Positions 32,425 to 42,194 of a stretch of 64,000 bases of DNA are shown here, one piece after another; within the stretch, counting starts at the first letter, position 1, and every line of letters starts with the position of its first letter. A program made the position numbers and the translations under genes. The notes below the pieces were generated by a model that saw only the letters and a program-made list of their open reading frames with translations, was not told the DNA's origin and searched no databases. Source of the stretch: Planctomycetota bacterium (GTDB taxonomy: Bacteria; Planctomycetota; UBA1135; UBA2386); the NCBI GenBank assembly GCA_046290465.1, contig JBKAGP010000001.1:3328001-3392000 (forward strand). The letters run 5' to 3'.

Positions 32425-32880
32425 CTACTGCAGCCGCGTCAGCTGGCCGCGCAACTCCCCGGCAGGGTTGGCGGTGGTGTGCAGGTTGACGTAGACGTCG
32501 CCAGATTCGATGCGGCCGGCGAGCGCATCGAGCGGGTAGTCGGCCAGCGGACCGACCAGCTGTTCGCTGCGGATCTCGGCGAGCAAGAACTGCGGCGAGG
32601 CCGAGCCCCCGCTGGCCGCGATCAGATCGGCGACCACCGGGCCGTTGCTGCCCGCCGCGCCGAGGACCGGGTGCGCGATCGGGTTGCCGCTGGCGACGAA
32701 CGCGTCGTTGCTCGGGATCACCATCGACGCGTAGCTGAAGTAGCGGTCCCGCGGATCGTTGGGATCGAGCAGGAACGACCGCGCGGTGGTGTCCCCCGGC
32801 GCGAACGGGCCGTTCGGGCCGGCGATCGTCGCGTCGAAGCGGCCGGCACCCAGCGTCGCAACGGTGCGAAGCGAGATCAT
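32425..32880 (-). pseudogene. Fragment with partial spondin-like and partial CHRD domains
   Basis: RYFSYASMVIPSNDAFV (spondin-like), then GAAGSNGPVV...YVNLHTTANPAGELRGQL (CHRD). No signal peptide and both domains look incomplete. Confidence 0.6.
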
Positions 32881-32971
32881 GGGCGAGTCGTACGGATGAG
32901 GGTCGTTGCCTCACGCGAGGTGGGGCAAGCGGCGGGGCGCGCTGATACGCGACCTGTCCATCCGGTTCCGC

Positions 32972-35900
32972 TCAGTTGTCACGAAGCGCAGATCCCGTTC
33001 GTGAAGACTCGCAGCGAGCGACATCGCTCGGCGTCCCGTGCACGACTACACACCCGCCGTCGGCGCCTGCGCCGGGCCCGAGCTCGACCACGTGGTCGGC
33101 GTCGGCGATCACCGACAGGTCGTGCTCGACCGCGAGGATCGTGTGGCCACGCTCGAGCAGTTGGTCGAACGCGACGCGCAGCGCGTCGACATCGTCCGGG
33201 TGCAGGCCGCGCGTCGGCTCGTCGAGCACGAACAGCGTCGCGCCGTCGCCGGCCGCGGCGAGGTGCGTGGCGAGCGACAGGCGCTGCGCCTCGCCGCCGG
33301 AGAGCGAGTCGCCGGCCTGCCCGAGCGTCAGGTAGCCGAGCCCCAGGTCCGCCGCGACCTGCAGCGGCCCGCGCAGACGCGCCAGCCCGCGCGGCGGCAG
33401 CGACAACAGCAGTTCGTCGACGGTCGCCGCGAGGCACTGCGCGAGGTCGAGCCCGCGCCACCGGATCGCCAGCGTCGCGTCGTCGAACCGACGCCCCTCG
33501 CACGTGTCGCACGAAAGCCACTGCCCGGCGCCGAGGAAGTCGAACTCGCTGCGAACCCAGCCGACGCCGCTGCACGCGCGGCAGGCGCCGCCCGAACGCC
33601 CGTGCAGCGAGAAGTGCGCGGCGCGCCAGCCGTTGGCCCTCGCCGCGTCGGTGGCGGCGAACTGCTTGCGCAGCTCGTCGAACCCACCGAGCAACGTCGC
33701 GACACAGGACGTTCGCGAACGACGGGCGCGCGCCGCCGCGTCGACGACGACGTGCGCGAAGGCGTCGAGGCCGGCGATGCTGCGGCAGCCGATCGCGACG
33801 CCCGCCTTCGCCGACCGCGCCACGACGCCACCCAGCAGCGACGACTTGCCGCTGCCCGACACGCCGCAGACGACGGTGAGCTGGCCGATCGGCAGCGCGA
33901 CGTCGAGGTCTTCGAGGTGGTTGGCATGGGCGCCCGAGATCTCGATCCGACCCGCGCTCGGTCGCCGCGGGGTCGAACGCAGCGCCGGCCGTGGCCGCTG
34001 CAGCCGGCGGCCGGTGCGCGACGACGCCGGCATCGCAGCCGGCGGCGCCGACGCCACCACCCGGCCGCCGTCACGTCCGGCACCCGGTCCGATCTCGATC
34101 ACGTGCTGCGCCGCCTCCGCGACCCGCAGGTCGTGCTCCACGGCGACGACGGCGTTGCCGGCGTCGACCAGGCCGCGGATCGCCGCGAGCAGCGCGTCGA
34201 CGTCGCTCGGGTGCAGGCCGAGGGTCGGCTCGTCGAGCACGTAGACGCAGTCCGTCAGCGGCGCCGCGAGCTGGCGCGCCAGCCGCACCCGCTGCCGTTC
34301 GCCGGCGGACAGGCTCGCCATCGCACGGTCCAGCTGCAGGTGGCCAAGCCCGAGCGACGTGAGCCGTTCGACCCTGCGGAGCAGTTCGCCGAACGCATCG
34401 GCGGCGACCTCGCGCTCGCGCGCCGACAGCGAGGCCGCGGCGATCCACGCGCCGAACTCCGACACCGACCGACGACACAGCTCGGGCAACGTGATGCCGG
34501 CGACGCGCAGCTGCCGCGACGCCTGCTGCAGCCGGGCGCCATCGCACGCCGGACACGTCGCCTCGGCGAGCAACTCCTCGAAGTCGGCGCGGCGCGTCTT
34601 CGAGCCGCTCGCGAGACGCCGCGCATGCTCCTGGTCGATCGCCGGCGCGATCCCGGGCCAGCCGGCCCGCCACCGGTGCACGTCGCCCTCAGCGCCGTCG
34701 TGCTCCCAGACCGCATCGAACTGCTCGTCGCCGGCCCCAAGCAACACCGCCCGCTGCGCTTCCGCATCCAGCTCTCGCCACGGCCGCGACAGGTCGAAGC
34801 CCCGTGCCCGCGCGACGGCCTCGAGCAGCGAACGGTGCCGCATGCCGGGATCGCCGAAGTCCCGCACGACCTTGTTCTTGGCCCGCAGCGCCCCGTCGAA
34901 CAACGGCATCGCGGCGTCGTCGATCAGCAGTTCGGGATCGCAGCGACGCACCGTCCCGAGTCCGGCGCACGTCTCGCAGGCGCCTTCCTTGCGGAAGAAC
35001 GAGAACGCCGCTGCCGGCAGACCGGCATCGGTGCACCGCGACCAGACGGTGCGCAGCGTCGGGTGCAGTTCGGCGGCGGTCGCGACGGTGGCGCGGCGGT
35101 CGGCGCTGGTCTCGGCCTCGGCCCGCTGGCGCAGCGCGATCGCGGGACGCAACCCGCTGGCCTCGCGCAGCGAGCGAGCGCGCACGCCGCCGGCGCCGAG
35201 CTGCCGCTGCAGGTAGCCCGACAGGTGCTCGGTGATGCGCGCGCGCGACTCGCCGAACAGCGTGTCGAACACCAGCGAACTCTTGCCGCTGCCGGACACC
35301 CCGGTCACGACCGTCAGGCCGTCGGCCGGCAGGTCGACGTCGAGGTCGCGCAGGTTGTGCGTCGCGACGCCGCGCAACGAGATCGCCGTCGGCCGGGCAC
35401 GCGGTGCACGCGCCGACGCCGGCGCGCCCGTGTGCAGGGCGGTGGCGGTCGGGCCGTGCGACCTAGCGATCGCGTCCGGCGTGCCCTCCCCGACCAGCCG
35501 CCCACCCGCACGTCCGGCACCGGGGCCGAGATCGACCACGTGGTCGGCCGCCCGCAGCACGTCGAGATCGTGCTCGACGACGACGACGGTGTGGCCGCGA
35601 TCCACCAGCGCGTCGAGCGCGACCAGCAGCTTGCGCACGTCGCGCCGGTGCAGGCCGATCGTCGGCTCCTCGAGCACGAACAGCCCCGGCCTGTCGCCGC
35701 CGCGAGCCAGCTCGCCGGCGAGCTTGACCCGCTGGGCCTCGCCGCCCGACAGTGTCGTCGCCGGCTGGCCGAGCGTCAGGTAACCGAGCCCCACCCGCGC
35801 CAGCGCGTGCAGCACGGAACGGACCTTCAGCGAGTTCTCGAACAGCTCCAGCGCCTCGTCGACGGTCGCCTCGAGCACCTCGAGGATCGACGCCCGCCCG

Positions 35901-37759
35901 CGGTAGCGAACCGCCAGCACGTCGTCGCGAAAGCGTCGGCCACCGCACGCGGCGCAGACGAGCTCGACGCTCGGCAGGCCGTGCATGCCGACGACCTCGC
36001 GGCCGCTGCCCTCGCAGGCGGGACACCGGCCACCGTTCTTGGTGTTGAACGAGAACGTCGTCGCCTGGAAGCCGCGTTCGCGCGCGAGCGGCTCGGCCGC
36101 GAACAGCTTGCGGATCTCGTCGAACACGCCGGTGTAGGTCCCAGCGTTGCTGCGCGGCGTGCGCCCGATCGGATCCTGGTCGACGTGCACGACCTGCTGG
36201 ATCGCATCGAGCCCGTGCACGGCGTCGGCGCGGCCCGCCAGCGACTCGCCGCGCGCGACCGCCGCCAGCACCTCGCTGACCAGCGTCGACTTGCCGGCGC
36301 CGGCGACGCCCGACACGACGTTGAGCCGCGCGACCACGAACGAGACGTCGACCCCCTGAAGGTTGTTGGCACGGGCACCCAGCACACGGATCCGTGCCGC
36401 CCCTTCGACATCCCGGCGCGCGCGCAGCGGCTGCTCGTCGTCGCGCCGCGGAGCACGGGCACCGGGCGGCCCTTCATGGAGCACGCGACCGCCGTCGCGG
36501 CCAGCGCCGGGGCCGATGTCGATCACGTGGTCGGCGACCGACAGCGCATGCTCACTGTGCTCGACGACGACGACCGTGTTGCCGGCATCGCGCAGATCGA
36601 GCAGCAGCTCGAGCACGGCCGACTCCTCGCTCGCGTGCAGGCCGATCGACGGCTCGTCGAACACGAACGTGACGCCCGCCAGCCCGTCGGTGGCGATCGA
36701 ACCGAGGCGCAGGCGCTGGTGCTCGCCACCGGACAGGCTGGCACTGCTCCGTTCGCACGACAGGTGCGACAGCCCGAGCCGGGCGAACACTTCCAGCCGA
36801 CGCACCAGCCGCGCGGCCTGTTCACAGCCGTGCTGGCGGCACCACGCAAGCAGCTCGGGAAACGGCATGCGCAGCACCTGCTCGAACCGCACGCCGTCGA
36901 CCGCCGCCGCGCGCGCCGCCTCGCCGAGTCGCGACCCGCCGCATGCCGGGCACGGCACCGACCGCGCGAAGCGCAGCGCGTTCTCGTTGCGGCTGCGGCG
37001 CAGGATGTCGGCGATCGTCGGGATCAGCCCCTTGTAGTGGCCGAGTTCGCGCGGCTTCGCGGTGATGCCCTCCCACTTCATCCGCGACTCGAGCGAGTGC
37101 TTGCCGAACGGCACCTCGACGCGGTCCGAACCGAAGAACACGACGTCCTGCTGCTCGGTGGTCAGCTCCCGCCACGGCGTGTCGACGTCGAAGCCGTGCG
37201 CGCGGCACACGGTGTCGAGCGCATCCACGGTGACCTGGCTGTAGACGATGTAGCCCGTCGGCGTCGTCGGCACCAACGCGCCCTCGCGCAGGGTGCGATC
37301 GGGATCGGCGACCAGCAGCTCGCGCGAGACCTCGTCGACCGAGCCGACGCCGCGACACTCCGCACAGGCGCCGGCACTGACGAACGACAGCTGGCGCGCT
37401 TCGATCCCGTTGTGCCGCGCGAACCAGAACCGCAGCAGGTCGTGCAGGCCGGACAGCGTACCGACGGTCGAACGCGCATGATCCCCGCCGCGGCGCTGCG
37501 ACAGCGCGATGCTCGGCGACAGGCCGCTGGCATGCCCGAGCCGCGGACTCGGCATGCGCTGCAAGAACTGCCGCGCATGCGAGCTGAGCGTCTCGAGATA
37601 CCGACGTTCGCTCGCGGCGTGCAGCGTGTCGAACACCAGCGAGCTCTTGCCGCTGCCGGACACGCCGGTCACGACGGTCAGCCGGCCGCGCGGGATCTCG
37701 ACGGTGATGCCGGCGAGGTTGTGCTCGCTGGCGTCGTGCAGCCGGATCGTCTGGGTCAC
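32972..37759 (-). CDS. uvrA: Double-length UvrA-family ABC ATPase (four nucleotide-binding domains), about 1595 aa
   Basis: Walker A GVSGSGKSS, GVAGAGKST, GVSGSGKSS, GVSGSGKSS; four LSGGE/LSAGE signatures; many CxxC; HNL motifs. Confidence 0.9.
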   Translation of the reverse strand: MTQTIRLHDASEHNLAGITVEIPRGRLTVVTGVSGSGKSSLVFDTLHAASERRYLETLSSHARQFLQRMPSPRLGHASGLSPSIALSQRRGGDHARSTVGTLSGLHDLLRFWFARHNGIEARQLSFVSAGACAECRGVGSVDEVSRELLVADPDRTLREGALVPTTPTGYIVYSQVTVDALDTVCRAHGFDVDTPWRELTTEQQDVVFFGSDRVEVPFGKHSLESRMKWEGITAKPRELGHYKGLIPTIADILRRSRNENALRFARSVPCPACGGSRLGEAARAAAVDGVRFEQVLRMPFPELLAWCRQHGCEQAARLVRRLEVFARLGLSHLSCERSSASLSGGEHQRLRLGSIATDGLAGVTFVFDEPSIGLHASEESAVLELLLDLRDAGNTVVVVEHSEHALSVADHVIDIGPGAGRDGGRVLHEGPPGARAPRRDDEQPLRARRDVEGAARIRVLGARANNLQGVDVSFVVARLNVVSGVAGAGKSTLVSEVLAAVARGESLAGRADAVHGLDAIQQVVHVDQDPIGRTPRSNAGTYTGVFDEIRKLFAAEPLARERGFQATTFSFNTKNGGRCPACEGSGREVVGMHGLPSVELVCAACGGRRFRDDVLAVRYRGRASILEVLEATVDEALELFENSLKVRSVLHALARVGLGYLTLGQPATTLSGGEAQRVKLAGELARGGDRPGLFVLEEPTIGLHRRDVRKLLVALDALVDRGHTVVVVEHDLDVLRAADHVVDLGPGAGRAGGRLVGEGTPDAIARSHGPTATALHTGAPASARAPRARPTAISLRGVATHNLRDLDVDLPADGLTVVTGVSGSGKSSLVFDTLFGESRARITEHLSGYLQRQLGAGGVRARSLREASGLRPAIALRQRAEAETSADRRATVATAAELHPTLRTVWSRCTDAGLPAAAFSFFRKEGACETCAGLGTVRRCDPELLIDDAAMPLFDGALRAKNKVVRDFGDPGMRHRSLLEAVARARGFDLSRPWRELDAEAQRAVLLGAGDEQFDAVWEHDGAEGDVHRWRAGWPGIAPAIDQEHARRLASGSKTRRADFEELLAEATCPACDGARLQQASRQLRVAGITLPELCRRSVSEFGAWIAAASLSAREREVAADAFGELLRRVERLTSLGLGHLQLDRAMASLSAGERQRVRLARQLAAPLTDCVYVLDEPTLGLHPSDVDALLAAIRGLVDAGNAVVAVEHDLRVAEAAQHVIEIGPGAGRDGGRVVASAPPAAMPASSRTGRRLQRPRPALRSTPRRPSAGRIEISGAHANHLEDLDVALPIGQLTVVCGVSGSGKSSLLGGVVARSAKAGVAIGCRSIAGLDAFAHVVVDAAARARRSRTSCVATLLGGFDELRKQFAATDAARANGWRAAHFSLHGRSGGACRACSGVGWVRSEFDFLGAGQWLSCDTCEGRRFDDATLAIRWRGLDLAQCLAATVDELLLSLPPRGLARLRGPLQVAADLGLGYLTLGQAGDSLSGGEAQRLSLATHLAAAGDGATLFVLDEPTRGLHPDDVDALRVAFDQLLERGHTILAVEHDLSVIADADHVVELGPGAGADGGCVVVHGTPSDVARCESSRTGSALRDN

Positions 37760-37819
37760 ATCAGCGAGCCTAGCAAGGCGACGACGGCGTGCACACGCGG
37801 ATCGCCACGCCGCCACCCC

Positions 37820-37890
37820 GGCACGCTGGCACGCTGGCACGCTGGCACGCTGGCACGCTGGCACGCTGGCACGCTGGCGCGCTGGCACGC
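37820..37890. repeat. Tandem repeat (GGCACGCT)x~9
   Basis: Seven perfect units at 37820-37875, then GGCGCGCT and GGCACGC; intergenic. Confidence 0.95.
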
Positions 37891-37931
37891 CGCGCGCAGC
37901 CGCCGCGACAGAGCCCACGCGCCCCCCGGGA

Positions 37932-38474
37932 TCAGGCGTCGTCGCGCCGACGGCGTCCGCGACGCTGGTCGCGACCGCCACGTCGACCGCCCGCCTCCGC
38001 ACGCCCTCGGCCGCCGCCGCGCCGCGCGCCGTCGCCACGACCGCGCCCGCGACCGCGGCCGTGGTCGCCACCCCCCCGCCCGAAGCCGTTGCGCCCGCGC
38101 GCGCCACCGCGCCCGCGACCAGCGCCTTCGCGGCGCTCACCGATGCGCTCGCGCAGCATCTCGAGACGTTCGCGCAGGCGCTCCCGCAACATCCCCCGGC
38201 GCCCGCCGCGTTCGCCGCGGCCCGCGCCACGACCGCGTTCGCCGCGCATCGCACGACCACGTCCGGCCCGCCCCTGGTCCTGTTCGCCGCGCGCGGCGCC
38301 CCGCCGTTCACGCAGCTGCTCGAAGCGCTCGCGCATGCGCTCCCGGATCTGTTCGCGGCGCTCGGCGCGCGCGCCCTCACACTCACCGCGGCCACGCCGG
38401 CCGCGATCCTGCGCATCGAGCGAGAAGGTGAACATCAAGGCGACGATCGTCGCCAGCATCGTGGTCGTTCTCAT
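37932..38474 (-). CDS. Secreted Arg/Gly/Glu-rich low-complexity protein
   Basis: Signal peptide MRTTTMLATIVALMFTFSLDAQ, then RG-rich tracts and RERLRE helical repeats. Confidence 0.65.
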   Translation of the reverse strand: MRTTTMLATIVALMFTFSLDAQDRGRRGRGECEGARAERREQIRERMRERFEQLRERRGAARGEQDQGRAGRGRAMRGERGRGAGRGERGGRRGMLRERLRERLEMLRERIGERREGAGRGRGGARGRNGFGRGGGDHGRGRGRGRGDGARRGGGRGRAEAGGRRGGRDQRRGRRRRDDA

Positions 38475-38695
38475 GGGTCTGTGTCCTTGGGTCAGCCGGG
38501 TTCGGCAAACGGTTCGTATCCGTCCAGGCCCACGCGTCGGGGACAGTTGGGACAAGCCAGCGACACGCAGCGAACGCGCGATGCCCGCCGCTTCGTCGGC
38601 CGAACGTCCGGTGCTGCGGGGCGACCGCAACTGGATCAAGCTGGCTCCGCCGGCCAATCGAACCGGCAACCACCCCCTCGCGTTATCCTCCGACC

Positions 38696-41600
38696 ATGCC
38701 ACGCTGCACGCTCACGAGCGTCCTCCTTGCCGGGCTCGCCGTCGCCGCCCCGGCCCGCGCGCAGGATCCGCAGCTCCTACGGTTCGCGCCGGTGTTCTCG
38801 CACCACATGGTGCTGCAGCGCGACCAGCCGATTCGCATCTGGGGAACGGGCACGCCGGACACGATCGTGCAAGCCGAGTTCGGCAAGGCGCGCGGCGCGG
38901 CGAGAACGGCCGGCGACGGCACGTGGGACCTGCGCCTGCCGGCGCAACGGGCGTCGTTCGAACCGCGGCAGCTGCGGATCGAGGCGCGGCTCGGAGAGCA
39001 GCTGCAGCGCGTGACCCTGCGCGACGTGCTCGTCGGCGACGTCTGGCTGTGCACGGGCCAGTCCAACATGCGTTGGCGGGTGAGCCAGTCGGCGGAGGCC
39101 GAGGACGTGCTCGAGCAGGCCGAGGTGCGCGGCCTGCGCCTGCTCGACTTCGAGGGCCGGCTTGATCCGGACGGCACCCGCTACGACCTCGACCGATTGC
39201 GGCAGATCGACGCGGGCAACTACTACACGACCGACGGCTGGGCTCGCGCCCGTCGCGAGACGGCCGCCACGTTCTCGGCGGTTGCGTTCGCGTTCGGCCG
39301 GCGGCTGGCGCGCGAGATCGATGCGCCCGTCGGGCTGGTGCACAACGCGATCGGCGGAGCACCGATGCAGGCGTTCGTGCCCGATGCGATGGCGGACTGG
39401 ATGACGAGCGACGCCTATCCGGGCTGGTGCCGCCAACGGGTGAAGCAGAACCTCGCGAGCTGGTTCCGTCGCCCGACCGGCTCACAGCCGCACCATCCGT
39501 TCGAGCCGGGCTTCCTGTTTGCCGCTGGCGTGAAGTCGCTGGCGGCGTTGCCGATCAAGGGCGTGGTCTGGTACCAGGGCGAGTCCAACGCCACCGACAC
39601 CGCGACGTCGCGGGCTCGTGCGATCGCGCGGGAGGAGGCGACGTTCCGGCGGGTGATCGCCGCGTTTCGGGACAACTGGAAGGCGCCCGAGCTGCCGTTC
39701 CACTTCGTGCAGTTGCCCGGCCTGGACCGCGACTGGGAACGGTTTCGCGAGATGCAGGACCAGGTCGCGACGACGACCGGGCACTGCGGCATGGCGGTGA
39801 CGATCGACCTCGGCCATCCGACCGACGTGCACCCGCCGCGCAAGGTGCCGGTCGGCGAACGGCTGGCTGGCGTGGCGCTGCGCGAGACGTATGGGCGCGA
39901 CGTGGCCGCCGGCGGACCTCGCTACGCGGGCCACCGCGCCGACCGCTCGCGGATCTCGGTCCGCTTCGACCGCCCTCTGCACAACCTCGGCAGCCAGCGG
40001 ATCCCCGGCTTCGAGATCGCCGGCGAGGATCGCATCTTCCATCCCGCCAACGTCGTCTTCCTGGGCAACCGCGTCATCCTGAGCACCCCTGCGGTCCCCC
40101 GGCCCGTCGCCGTGCGCTACGCCTACGACGACGATCCCGAGACCAGCCTGCGCGGCCCCCACGGCCTGCCCGTGATCCCGTTCCGTTCGGACGACTGGCA
40201 CGATGCCACGTGCGCACCGACGCAGCGAGGAACCGTCGAGGGGTTCGAGACCGGCACCGGGCCGCTGCGTAGCTACCGCGGATCGATCGGGACCTGGAGC
40301 GCGGCCGCAGGGCACGCCGAGATCACCGACCGCTTCGCCCACGAGGGACGCTGCTGCCTGCACGTGCTCGGCGGCGCCGACCGCGAGGTCGTGCTGGAGT
40401 TCGGCGAGGACCAGCCGGCGCGCCTGCGGCTGCAGGCCGAACGCTGGACCGCGCGTGGGCCGTTCTCGTTCCGCATCGACGCCGAGGTCGACGGCACGTG
40501 GCGCGAAGTGTTGGACGGCGACGGCGTGCGCGTCGGCGCGCGGTTCCTCAGCCGACTCGCGTTCGATCTGCCGGCCGACGCGGCGCGGCTGCGGTTCCGC
40601 TGCACGTCGCCCGACGCGAGCGGCCTGCTGATCGACGACGTGGTCGCAGACGACGACGCGCCGATGCAGATCGCTTCCTGCACGGACATGTCGCCGGTCT
40701 TGCCGCTGCTGCCTGGACGTCGCACGGTCGCGGCGCGCGCCAGGCTGCACGTCACGGGCCGCATCCAGGGCAGCTACGTGAAGGCCTGTGTCGTGCACCT
40801 CGATCGCCACAGCGTGCAACACATCGAGGCCGTGCACGCGCTCGGAGGCTCGGCGCTTGCGGCGACCGCGATGCCGGACGACGGCCCGCACATCGGCGGC
40901 GACGCCGCCAGCGAAGAACCCCGGCAGCGCAAGCTCGTGATCCATGGAAAGCAGGCGCTGCGTCCGGGCGACAACGACATCGACGTCGAACTCGAACTCG
41001 GATCGGACCTGCGGGCCGAGTGGGTCAGCCGTCCGCACATCGTCGAACTGGTGCTCGACAACGGCACGCACGTCGTCTGCGACGGCAGCGTCGCGCAGCC
41101 GGCGCTCCATGCCCGCATCGGCGCCTGCGTGCGCGCCGCTGGCGAGGACGGCGTGCACACGACCCGCATCCCGGGCCTGACCACCACCAACGCCGGCACC
41201 CTGATCGCCGTCTACGACAATCGCTATCGCGGCTCACGCGATCTGCCCGGCGACATCGACGTCGGCATGTCGCGCAGCACTGACGGCGGGCGCACGTGGG
41301 AGCCGATGCGCGTGATCATGGACATGGGCGACGATCCGAAGTGGAAGCACGACGGCATCGGCGACCCTGCCGTGCTGGTCGACCGGGAGACCGGCCGCAT
41401 CTGGGTCGCGGCGACGTGGAGCCACGGGGACCGTTCATGGCACGGCTCGGGCCCCGGCCTCGCGCCGGAGCAGACCGGCCAGCTGATGCTGGCGCACAGT
41501 GACGACGACGGCCGGACCTGGTCGAAGCCCCGCAACATCACCGAACAGGTCAAGGACCCGGAGTGGCGGTTCGTGCTGCAGGGGCCGGGCCGCGGCATCA

Positions 41601-42178
41601 CGCTGCACGACGGCACGCTGGTGTTCGCGGCGCAATACCGCAGCGCGCCCGACGGGCCGCACCGGGGCAAGCCGTTCTCGACGATCCTGTGGTCGCAGGA
41701 CCACGGCGAGAGCTGGCACATCGGCACCGGCGTCAAGGTCGACACCACCGAGGCGCAGGTGGTCGAACTCGACGACGGCGTGCTGATGATCAACTGCCGC
41801 GACAACCGCGGCGGCTCCCGTTCGGTCTACACGACGACGGACCTCGGCAGGACCTGGCAGGTCCACCAGAGCTCGCGCAGCGCGCTGGTCGAGCCGGTCT
41901 GCATGGGGAGCCTGCTGCGGGTCGACCACGACGTCTGGGGCCGCCTGTTGCTGTTCTCCAACCCGGCGACCGACGAGGGCCGGTTCGACCTCAGCATCCA
42001 GGTGAGCCGGGACGACGGGCGGACCTGGCCGCTGGGCCTGCGCACGCTCTACGACCAGCGCAAGGGCTACGGCTACTCGTGCCTGACGCGGATCGACCGC
42101 GAGCACGTCGGCGTGCTCTACGAGGGCGTGCGCGAGCTCTACTTCGTGCGCTTCTCGCTGCGCGAACTGCTGCGCTGA
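38696..42178 (+). CDS. Sialate O-acetylesterase (SASA) - exo-alpha-sialidase (GH33) fusion
   Basis: GQSNM, WYQGESN, DVHP; RIP motif and five Asp-boxes (STDGGRTW, SDDDGRTW, SQDHGESW, TTDLGRTW, SRDDGRTW); YSCL; signal peptide. Confidence 0.9.
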   Translation: MPRCTLTSVLLAGLAVAAPARAQDPQLLRFAPVFSHHMVLQRDQPIRIWGTGTPDTIVQAEFGKARGAARTAGDGTWDLRLPAQRASFEPRQLRIEARLGEQLQRVTLRDVLVGDVWLCTGQSNMRWRVSQSAEAEDVLEQAEVRGLRLLDFEGRLDPDGTRYDLDRLRQIDAGNYYTTDGWARARRETAATFSAVAFAFGRRLAREIDAPVGLVHNAIGGAPMQAFVPDAMADWMTSDAYPGWCRQRVKQNLASWFRRPTGSQPHHPFEPGFLFAAGVKSLAALPIKGVVWYQGESNATDTATSRARAIAREEATFRRVIAAFRDNWKAPELPFHFVQLPGLDRDWERFREMQDQVATTTGHCGMAVTIDLGHPTDVHPPRKVPVGERLAGVALRETYGRDVAAGGPRYAGHRADRSRISVRFDRPLHNLGSQRIPGFEIAGEDRIFHPANVVFLGNRVILSTPAVPRPVAVRYAYDDDPETSLRGPHGLPVIPFRSDDWHDATCAPTQRGTVEGFETGTGPLRSYRGSIGTWSAAAGHAEITDRFAHEGRCCLHVLGGADREVVLEFGEDQPARLRLQAERWTARGPFSFRIDAEVDGTWREVLDGDGVRVGARFLSRLAFDLPADAARLRFRCTSPDASGLLIDDVVADDDAPMQIASCTDMSPVLPLLPGRRTVAARARLHVTGRIQGSYVKACVVHLDRHSVQHIEAVHALGGSALAATAMPDDGPHIGGDAASEEPRQRKLVIHGKQALRPGDNDIDVELELGSDLRAEWVSRPHIVELVLDNGTHVVCDGSVAQPALHARIGACVRAAGEDGVHTTRIPGLTTTNAGTLIAVYDNRYRGSRDLPGDIDVGMSRSTDGGRTWEPMRVIMDMGDDPKWKHDGIGDPAVLVDRETGRIWVAATWSHGDRSWHGSGPGLAPEQTGQLMLAHSDDDGRTWSKPRNITEQVKDPEWRFVLQGPGRGITLHDGTLVFAAQYRSAPDGPHRGKPFSTILWSQDHGESWHIGTGVKVDTTEAQVVELDDGVLMINCRDNRGGSRSVYTTTDLGRTWQVHQSSRSALVEPVCMGSLLRVDHDVWGRLLLFSNPATDEGRFDLSIQVSRDDGRTWPLGLRTLYDQRKGYGYSCLTRIDREHVGVLYEGVRELYFVRFSLRELLR

Positions 42179-42194
42179 ACCGGCAGGAAGAGGA

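Noticed and set aside
37820..37890. Possible CRISPR array or coding repeat (ASVPACQR)
   Set aside because: The 8-bp units have no spacers and there are no cas genes. The peptide repeat lies upstream of the likely uvrA GTG start.
33038..38431. 1797-aa plus-strand ORF, and similar long ORFs at 11809-15273, 26821-30918, 44198-47443 and 18132-21008
   Set aside because: Antisense or off-frame shadows of recognisable genes. They are Arg/Ala/Gly-rich with no motifs, as expected at this GC content.
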